Shown here: one piece after another, positions 57,110 to 64,000 of the stretch | Numbering within the stretch: the first letter of the stretch is position 1 | Layout: each line of letters starts with the position of its first letter | Origin: Rhodospirillales bacterium | GTDB lineage: Bacteria; Pseudomonadota; Alphaproteobacteria; Rhodospirillales; UBA2165 | Direction of reading: 5' to 3' | Assembly (NCBI GenBank): GCA_965207535.1 | Contig: CBDBMR010000014.1 | Span: 322,463 to 386,462 of the forward strand | DNA length: 64,000 nucleotides | Position numbers and translations under genes: made by a program | Notes under the pieces: generated by a model | The model's database searches: none | Seen by the model: only the letters and a program-made list of their open reading frames with translations | Told to the model about the DNA's origin: nothing

Positions 57110-58249
57110 ATGGACCCTACGAAAACCGTCAAAACTCCAGTGGGGGCAGTCATCGAGCCAACCTACGATGTGTCGGACGTGCCGCCACATTACGATGTGC
57201 CGACGCCGGACTTTTGCGCTCTAGACGGCCCGGTGCGCCTGGATTCGAATGAATCGGCTTTCGGCACGTCGAAGGCCGCCCAAGAGGCCTACGCTGGGTG
57301 CCCTGATCTCCATCGTTATCCCGACATCGGTGCCAAATCGCTGCGGGAAGCCCTGGCAAGACACCATGGCCTAGATGCCGACAGAATTATCCCCGGCGCC
57401 GGCTCCGGCGAGGTGATCCACAGCCTCGGACATGCCTACCTTTGCCCCGGAGACGAGGTCATCTTTTCGCAACGTACGTTCGGCGCCTACAACGTCATCT
57501 CCCGCCTTAATGGCGCCACGCCCGTTCCCATTCCAGAGCTTGATTGGACGGCGAATCCGGCCGGGATGGTGGACGCCATGAATGACCAAACGCGGTTGCT
57601 TTGCTTGGCCAATCCCGACAATCCGACCGGAACTTATTTGGACGAAACCGACGTCCGCGCGCTTCTGGCCACATTGCCGCGGCACGCAATATTGCTGCAT
57701 GACGAAACCTACAGCGAGTTTGCGACTCAGTCCGACTTCCCGGACGGCCTTGGTTTGGTCGATGAGTTTGAGAATGTAGTTGTCACGCGGACATTCTCGA
57801 AGATATTCGGGCTCGCGGGGTTGCGGCTGGGTTGGGCATATGCCTCGCCGGCCATCGCCGACGCTCTGCGCCGCTACAAGGGTCCCTTTAATGTCTCGAC
57901 GCCGTCTGAGGCCGCGGCAGTGGCAGCGCTTGCCGACACAGAGTTCGTAAATCGAGCAATCAAGCACAATAAAATTTGGCGTGAGCGACTTGCAACGGAG
58001 TTTTCCAAATTGGGTCTAGCGGTCCCCGAAAGTGCGTCCAACTTTGTCATGATTATTTTCCCTGACCATCCGGGCAAATCCGCAACCGATGCTCAGAAGT
58101 TCCTTGTCGACAGGAACATCTTTCTGCGCCCATTGGCCGGGTGGGGGATCCCACAGGCCATTAGAATGACAATTGGAACCGAGGAAGAAAACACGCACGT
58201 ATTGGCAACGCTGACTGAATTCATGGAACTGAACCGCCTTGTCGAGTAG
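57110..58249 (+). CDS. hisC: Histidinol-phosphate/aromatic aminotransferase (class I/II PLP)
   Basis: LDSNES, RYPD, ANPDNPTG, HDETY, RTFSKIFGLAGLRLGW. Confidence 0.8.
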   Translation: MDPTKTVKTPVGAVIEPTYDVSDVPPHYDVPTPDFCALDGPVRLDSNESAFGTSKAAQEAYAGCPDLHRYPDIGAKSLREALARHHGLDADRIIPGAGSGEVIHSLGHAYLCPGDEVIFSQRTFGAYNVISRLNGATPVPIPELDWTANPAGMVDAMNDQTRLLCLANPDNPTGTYLDETDVRALLATLPRHAILLHDETYSEFATQSDFPDGLGLVDEFENVVVTRTFSKIFGLAGLRLGWAYASPAIADALRRYKGPFNVSTPSEAAAVAALADTEFVNRAIKHNKIWRERLATEFSKLGLAVPESASNFVMIIFPDHPGKSATDAQKFLVDRNIFLRPLAGWGIPQAIRMTIGTEEENTHVLATLTEFMELNRLVE

Positions 58250-58321
58250 GGCATGAGAGCCTTCCAATTTGTCAGTGTTGTGCCGCTCAGTGGCGAGCGA
58301 CTCCAGCATTCTTGATTTAAA

Positions 58322-58333
58322 GTGAATATTCAC
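58322..58333. promoter_or_regulatory. GTGAAWATTCAC palindrome upstream of the MetE-like gene
   Basis: tttaaaGTGAATATTCACttaaaa. Confidence 0.65.
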
Positions 58334-58442
58334 TTAAAATTCTTTACAGCCCACGGGCTAAGGTGGCTGGAATTAGTTCGTTCATACCTCTTGGCCACGT
58401 TGTTGCTGACGACTATTGGCAATCTGGTCGGGGGATCAATCT

Positions 58443-59552
58443 ATGAATCAGGGACGCTCGCTACCGCCTTACAGAGCCGATCATGTTGGCAGCCTGCTAA
58501 GACCTCATAGGCTCAGCGAAGCCCGAGCGGACTGTTCGGCCGGCAGGATTTTGGCTGACGATCTTCGAGAAATAGAAGATGAGTGCATTGCCGAAGCGGT
58601 CGCCAAGCAAGAACGGATAGGGCTGAATTCGGTAACAGACGGTGAGTTCCGTCGTGAGTCGTGGCACTACGATTTCTTGGGTAGCCTGGAGGGGATTGAT
58701 GTTACCGGTGTTCATCAGGGTCCCGCGTTCCAATCTGGATCTACCGCCAAATCCATTTGCACCACTGGCGTCATCCGGAACCCCGATGGGGTCATGATTG
58801 ACCACTTTAAGTATCTGAATGATATCAGCAGCGTAACCGCAAAATTCTGTATACCCTCGCCAAGCTTGGCCCACTATCGCGGCGGTCGCGACCTGATTGA
58901 CGATACCCTCTACCCTGATCTCACCCAATTTTGGGACGATCTTTGCGCGGCGTACCGAGACGAAGTCACCTACCTGGTAAGAGCCGGATGTCGATATCTG
59001 CAGTTTGACGACACGACTTTCGCCATGCTTTGCGACCCCAATATTCGAAAATATGTGGCCGACCGGGGAGACGACCCAGTCGAGCTGGTCTCCACCTATG
59101 CCAGAAGCATCAAGGGCGCGCTCTCGGAACGGCCACCTGAACTGACAGTTGCCGTTCACATGTGCCGCGGTAACTTCAAGAGTTCGTGGGTGGCTGAAGG
59201 CGGCTATGAGCCAGTCGCCGAGACCATGTTTGCCGAAGTTCCGGTGGATGGGTTCTTTATGGAATGGGATTCGGACCGAGCTGGAGGGTTTGAGCCATTG
59301 AGGTTCGCACCAAGGGACAAGATCATCGTCCTGGGTCTAGTCAGCTCCAAGTATCCCGAGCTGGAATCCAAAGACGACTTAAAGCGCCAGATCGACGAGG
59401 CGGCAAAATACGTACCGATTGAAAATCTGTGCCTCAGTCCACAGTGTGGTTTTGCAAGTATGGCCATTGGAAATGACATAAACCAAGACAGCCAATGGCG
59501 AAAACTTGAGCTCGTTGTTGAGACGGCAGCCGAGGTTTGGGGAGAGGCTTGA
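58443..59552 (+). CDS. Single-domain cobalamin-independent methionine synthase II-like (YxjH/core MetE) Zn protein
   Basis: ADHVGSLLRP, TDGEFRR, YLQFDDT, HMCRGN, FMEWD, SPQCGFAS (His/Cys/Glu/Cys Zn ligands). About 369 aa, i.e. only the C-terminal barrel. Confidence 0.88.
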   Translation: MNQGRSLPPYRADHVGSLLRPHRLSEARADCSAGRILADDLREIEDECIAEAVAKQERIGLNSVTDGEFRRESWHYDFLGSLEGIDVTGVHQGPAFQSGSTAKSICTTGVIRNPDGVMIDHFKYLNDISSVTAKFCIPSPSLAHYRGGRDLIDDTLYPDLTQFWDDLCAAYRDEVTYLVRAGCRYLQFDDTTFAMLCDPNIRKYVADRGDDPVELVSTYARSIKGALSERPPELTVAVHMCRGNFKSSWVAEGGYEPVAETMFAEVPVDGFFMEWDSDRAGGFEPLRFAPRDKIIVLGLVSSKYPELESKDDLKRQIDEAAKYVPIENLCLSPQCGFASMAIGNDINQDSQWRKLELVVETAAEVWGEA

Positions 59553-59790
59553 GGGGAGTCTCAGGATGACTTTATCCCCGGACCGACTTCGAAAATGATC
59601 CAGGAGGCGGCACAGCACCGATTTCTGGATTGACAGTCCTATGGTCCCAAACCTTTATACCGGACAGGTCTAACCAGGATGGAGCGCCGCGTTACCTGCA
59701 ATGTGCCTTCGCCCGTGGTGCAATTTCCTGGCGATCTCCGCGATGCGTTCACGTACCCATTTGTGAAACGGCGAGTGGTGGGTGAAAAAA

Positions 59791-59825
59791 GTGAATATTT
59801 ACCTATATTTTATGTGAAAATTAAC
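59791..59825. promoter_or_regulatory. Two degenerate GTGAAWATTCAC sites upstream of the orphan dctP
   Basis: GTGAATATTTAC (59791-59802) and GTGAAAATTAAC (59814-59825). Confidence 0.55.
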
Positions 59826-59912
59826 ATAGTATTCTCCTGTCAAGGAATGCAAATTCAATAATTGGCCGGACCTCTTGAAAGGACCGACCAAAATCACTTG
59901 GAGGTGAATACA

Positions 59913-60947
59913 ATGATTATCAGAGGATTGTTGGCTGGCCTTATCGGCCTCGGAGCCGTGCTGACAGCAGACACGAGTCATGCAGCCGAACGGTGGACAT
60001 GCAATATCTTTGGTGGCCCAAAACACTTCATCCAAAAGGTGCTGAGAGACTGGTCCAAGGACGTCAAACAAGCGACGAGTGGCGAGGTCGACATCAGATT
60101 TCTGCCGTCAAATGCGGCACCGCCGCCAAAACAGTTGGACGGTATCGTTGCCGGCACCTATGACTGTGCCTTCATATTCCACGCTTTCACCACCAGGAAA
60201 GCAATTGGACCGCAGTTCGGCATATTGCCTTTCATCGGTCCCGCTGATGCCTCGAAAGGTTCAATTGCCTTTCAACGAACCTGGAAAAAGCACTTTGCTG
60301 CCAAAAAGGAATTTGCGGATGATGGTCTCCATGTCTTGACCATGTTCCAATTTTCCGGCGTCCAGATTTACACTGCACGAAGCAAGCCGATCGATTCGGT
60401 TGAGGATCTAAAGAGCCAAAAGGTCTGGGCTCTTGCCGGCACGTCCTCCCGGACAATGAAGTCTTTGGGCGTCAGTCATGTCTCAGGCCCTGCCGCGCGA
60501 CTGGCTGAGTTCACCCAGACCAAGGTCGTACAAGGCCTTGTCGGTGCTTCGCCGTATATTGTGGCCGCTTTCGCAGGTATGCAGTTTCCAAGGTATGGAA
60601 CCAACACCAGTAAATCTCTAATGCTGCCGTCCTTCGGGTTGAAGGTTGGATCCAAAAAGTGGGATGCGCTGCCGGGTGAGACAAAACGGCAGGTAATGTC
60701 GGCGTCCGGGGAAAAGCTGGCAGCCGTTATCGGGCAGGCTTCAGAATCTGCCGAAGGAGTTGTACGAACCAAGCTTACAGCTGCTGGCGTCAAACATATC
60801 TCGGCGTCGAAAGAGTTCGAAGCCAGTCTGGTCAAAGCAGCGCGTCCCCAGATTGAAGCCTGGGTGCAGCAGGTAAAGGGTATTGGCGTCGACGGAAATC
60901 AGGTCATCAAAGATTACATAAGAATAGTCAACGAACTCGGTTCTTAA
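59913..60947 (+). CDS. dctP: Orphan TRAP substrate-binding protein (DctP family)
   Basis: Signal peptide, ATSGEVDI, DLKSQKV. No permease genes adjacent. Confidence 0.8.
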   Translation: MIIRGLLAGLIGLGAVLTADTSHAAERWTCNIFGGPKHFIQKVLRDWSKDVKQATSGEVDIRFLPSNAAPPPKQLDGIVAGTYDCAFIFHAFTTRKAIGPQFGILPFIGPADASKGSIAFQRTWKKHFAAKKEFADDGLHVLTMFQFSGVQIYTARSKPIDSVEDLKSQKVWALAGTSSRTMKSLGVSHVSGPAARLAEFTQTKVVQGLVGASPYIVAAFAGMQFPRYGTNTSKSLMLPSFGLKVGSKKWDALPGETKRQVMSASGEKLAAVIGQASESAEGVVRTKLTAAGVKHISASKEFEASLVKAARPQIEAWVQQVKGIGVDGNQVIKDYIRIVNELGS

Positions 60948-61089
60948 GTATCGACCTGTTCTGTAGTGGCAAAATGAGGGCGAGGATGCCCGGCAACAGA
61001 GCTGGAAGCCGGCAGAGATACCGCTGAGCTTTTGGAGCACGGCTCAAGCTAGGTTGTCCCGAACGTCGCGCGTATGCCGGACCAGTCGG

Positions 61090-62106
61090 TCAATCGAGGT
61101 TGAAGACTCCTCTGGCGTTTAGCTCGTAAAATTTGTCGGGATCTCCGAGGGTGATCTCGCTCGCCTGATTTACCTGTTGGGTAGAGTCGTCGTAGGGGTA
61201 GTCCACAGCGAACATGAGCCGATCCTCTCCCACGACCTCCTCCGTGAAGCGAACGGCGGGACCCCAATTGTGACCCGAACTCGAAAGCCAGAAGTTTTCT
61301 TTGAAGTATTCACTTGGAATACGCTCGCAACGCCAATGTGGATAGGCGTCAAATCCTGCACGGTTGTATGAAAACATGCGGTCAATCCGATCAAGCCAAA
61401 ACGGTATGCCCTCTCCGAGATGCCCTAGAACAATCCTCAAACCGGGATGGCGATCGAATACCCCGGTTACAATCATTCGAAGCGCGTGCACCGCGGTTTC
61501 TGTCTGAAACCCCCATAACGCTCCTTCCAGGTGTCGTTCCGCCATCGGGCCCATCATTGCAGGAGATGCCGGACGCGGATGAATGTAGAGAGGTAACTCC
61601 AGAGCCTCGATGGCCTCTAGCAATGGCCGAAATGCAAGGCCATCCAGATATTCGCCCTTGGTGTGCGAGTTGACCATAACGCCCTTTAGGCCGAGCGCTT
61701 TGGCGCGCTCAATTTCTTTCGCGGCGGTCTTGGGCGCCTGAGGCGCAACACTAGCCAATCCCGCAAATCTCTCGGGACGAGCCGCTACCGACTCCGCTAG
61801 TATTTCATTAGCCTCTGTAGCCAAATTGCTGCCTGTGTCGGCGTCGAACACCTGAACGCCCGGTGAGGTAAGGGCAATTACCTGCAAATCCACGCCTGAT
61901 TTATCCATATCCTCCAGCCGCAAGGGACCGAGATCGAGCAAACGCTTCTTGATCTCCGCGCCCCGACCTTTTGGGCTCATGACCAGTCGGTTTAGGTGGT
62001 GATCCAGGCCCGGCTCACCAACCGCGCCATCGTTCAGCAGATCCTGCCAAGCGTTCACGACGGACTTTGTGACAAATGCTTCTTCTACGGCGATCTTCTT
62101 GGGCAT
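61090..62106 (-). CDS. Amidohydrolase-2 family aromatic acid decarboxylase (LigW-like)
   Basis: IAVEEAF, LTSPGVQ, ANE..A..V..RPERFAGL, LYIHP, LGHLGEGIPF, FAVDYPY. Confidence 0.82.
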   Translation of the reverse strand: MPKKIAVEEAFVTKSVVNAWQDLLNDGAVGEPGLDHHLNRLVMSPKGRGAEIKKRLLDLGPLRLEDMDKSGVDLQVIALTSPGVQVFDADTGSNLATEANEILAESVAARPERFAGLASVAPQAPKTAAKEIERAKALGLKGVMVNSHTKGEYLDGLAFRPLLEAIEALELPLYIHPRPASPAMMGPMAERHLEGALWGFQTETAVHALRMIVTGVFDRHPGLRIVLGHLGEGIPFWLDRIDRMFSYNRAGFDAYPHWRCERIPSEYFKENFWLSSSGHNWGPAVRFTEEVVGEDRLMFAVDYPYDDSTQQVNQASEITLGDPDKFYELNARGVFNLD

Positions 62107-62324
62107 GCATGTACTCCTGACCGAGCCGCGTTTGCAAAGGGCGGCATTCGTATAGTGGCAATTGGCGGGTTCTTCCGCCGCAGGATAAACCGGAACCGAA
62201 CCCCAGCGGCGCTTTAACGGCGGCACGGAAAAATTTGTCGTCGGATGGCGGTGCCGTCATTGCCGCCAACACTCGAGGTCCGCTGACAGGCAGATCATGT
62301 TTTACGGCAATATACCGTCTAATA

Positions 62325-62348
62325 GTGAAAATTCACATGAATTTTCAC
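62325..62348. promoter_or_regulatory. Tandem GTGAAAATTCAC-type sites between the divergent decarboxylase and TAXI genes
   Basis: GTGAAAATTCAC (62325-62336) immediately followed by ATGAATTTTCAC (62337-62348). Confidence 0.7.
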
Positions 62349-62443
62349 ATAAAATCGATGACTCCCGGAGTGTTGGATGGTAATCTCCATGAGACACGTC
62401 AACCGAATTCAGCTGGCCCAAAAGTGCCAGGGGGAGAAGCTTC

Positions 62444-63487
62444 ATGAAACGCATATTGCTAGCAACGCTTGCTGCATCATTTGTCGCTGGGGGCGCGCAG
62501 GCGCAAAACCTCAAACTAACCATGACGGCGGGAGGGATCGGCGGAGCCACCGATATCGCAGCGAGGAACCTCGCGGAGGTGGCCTCGGCGAACAAAATCG
62601 CAACCATTCAGGTGCAGGTTGGCAAGACCCTGACAAAGACCTTGCGGGATGTGGCGGAGGGTAAGACCAACATCACCGCCGGAGCCAATGTCCTGCCGTT
62701 CTTGATGTCTCGCGGGCTTGGGCCGTACTCGGGCCTCGGTAAGGAGAATGGCAAGAGGCTCGCGGGCAACCTCCGTATGCTCTACCCCTATCATTTGGCT
62801 TCCATGTACCTTGTCGCCTTCCAAAGTACCGGGATCGACAGCTTCGAGAAACTGAAGGGCAAGGTCGTACATAATGGCCCGCCCCGCGGCGGTGCATTGA
62901 TTACCGCCCGCCAGGTTATCCAACTTTCAGCAGGTTTGGCGGATGGAAAAGACTACACCGGCAAACAAATCGCGTGGGGACAGGCAACGTCGATTTTCCT
63001 CGATCGGTCCGTTGACGCCGCGCTCCGGCCCGGAACCAATCCGGCCGAGTTCATGCCGATCTATCTGGCTGCCGGTAAACTTAATCTGGTTTCCGTTCCG
63101 AAGGCAAAATGGGAAGGGCCGGCGTGGCAGAAATTTCTGAACGCGCCCGGCAACGCGCCGGCATTTTTCCCGATCAAGGAGCTCGAGCATTATGGCCCGA
63201 ACGTGAAAATAGTTTCCGATGACGGCATGTTCCGGACGGTGGCGATTACGGGCGGTGATTTCGTCAACAAGAACATGGACAGGACTCTCGCCAAGGCCCT
63301 GACCGCAGCCTTCATCAAAAGTGTTCCCAATCTTTTGAAGAAGGTTCCGTTCGCCAAAGGCCAGCGCTACGGCACGGTCGACATTGTCGAACACGGCATC
63401 TGTAGCGCCGGCGTCAAACTGCATCCAGGTGCGGTAGAGGCATGGGAAGAGGCCGGCCATAAAGTCGCGGATTGCGCAAAGGGTTAG
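62444..63487 (+). CDS. TAXI-family TRAP solute-binding protein (orphan in window)
   Basis: Signal peptide, TAGGIGG, GIDSFEKLKGK, KLHPGAVEAWEE. Confidence 0.85.
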   Translation: MKRILLATLAASFVAGGAQAQNLKLTMTAGGIGGATDIAARNLAEVASANKIATIQVQVGKTLTKTLRDVAEGKTNITAGANVLPFLMSRGLGPYSGLGKENGKRLAGNLRMLYPYHLASMYLVAFQSTGIDSFEKLKGKVVHNGPPRGGALITARQVIQLSAGLADGKDYTGKQIAWGQATSIFLDRSVDAALRPGTNPAEFMPIYLAAGKLNLVSVPKAKWEGPAWQKFLNAPGNAPAFFPIKELEHYGPNVKIVSDDGMFRTVAITGGDFVNKNMDRTLAKALTAAFIKSVPNLLKKVPFAKGQRYGTVDIVEHGICSAGVKLHPGAVEAWEEAGHKVADCAKG

Positions 63488-64000
63488 GCTCTGCCGTTCC
63501 AGGTGCTTTCAAGGCTTTGGAGGGGCACCGATACCTAAACGGTATCGATGTCCCTTTTTCCTTAACGGTCGGCGGGAAGACAATTGATGGATCACGCCCC
63601 AATCTCTATTTCCGAATACGGCGCTTTGCTGCCCGTGCTAACCGTTTATTGATTGTATCGACGCGCGCGGTTTTTCCCTCGGAACCAGATACGATCCGGC
63701 GCAATGCCGTTTGAGACTGTCTTCGGACTCTCTGTTCGGCGATTTCCAGAAGCGGAGAATTACGCGAAGGCGAGCGTCTTTCCAAATATTGCCATATTTG
63801 GTCGACCACTTTCAGAAGGCTTACTGAATTTGGTCAGCGTCAGCCGAGTAATTCTTCACAAAGTCAGCTACGAGCTACGATTTGGACCTGCTCGTCAACA
63901 ATTTCACACTGCCGAGGATGACGACGAATTCCCGTACTGGTCTATGACGTTCCCGATTGCCAAACTTCCGGTCGTCGAAATCGGGCTCCAGAGACGTTTT

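Noticed and set aside
57110-58249. Histidine biosynthesis operon
   Set aside because: A lone hisC-like gene with no other his genes; more plausibly a catabolic aromatic aminotransferase paralog.

Overview
A 64 kb GC-rich, mosaic accessory region. It is probably from an alphaproteobacterium, inferred from the GC-rich codon usage, REP-like palindromes and the many TRAP/TTT transporters. The left end (1-5.7 kb, minus strand) is a yeeA-X-yeeB defence-type locus: an MmeI/YeeA-like DNA methyltransferase split by an intact 843-bp IS5-family element, a membrane-anchored unknown gene, and a YeeB helicase running off the window. The remainder is a dense catabolic island. It holds two molybdo-hydroxylase loci, an NtaA-type monooxygenase, an ALDH, a large nitroreductase-fold protein, one complete TRAP and two TTT transporters plus two orphan binding proteins, a sulfatase with a metallophosphoesterase, a haloalkane-dehalogenase/GST pair, a CoA-ligase/hydratase/amidase block, a LigM-like demethylase, an MTHFR, a MetE-like protein, a LigW-like decarboxylase and an FAD monooxygenase. 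Several gene remnants mark recombination junctions. The strongest sequence-level discoveries are two repeated cis-motif families that define putative regulons. (i) An identical 20-mer TGCCCACTTTATCCCACTAG (39137 and 48982) with a variant at 44328 surrounds an unusual HTH plus methyltransferase-fold-like protein. (ii) A GTGAAWATTCAC palindrome occurs at four promoter regions (54.3, 58.3, 59.8 and 62.3 kb) next to a MarR gene. No CRISPR array, rRNA, complete tRNA or integrase was seen. All product calls come from motif recognition by eye, not from database searches.
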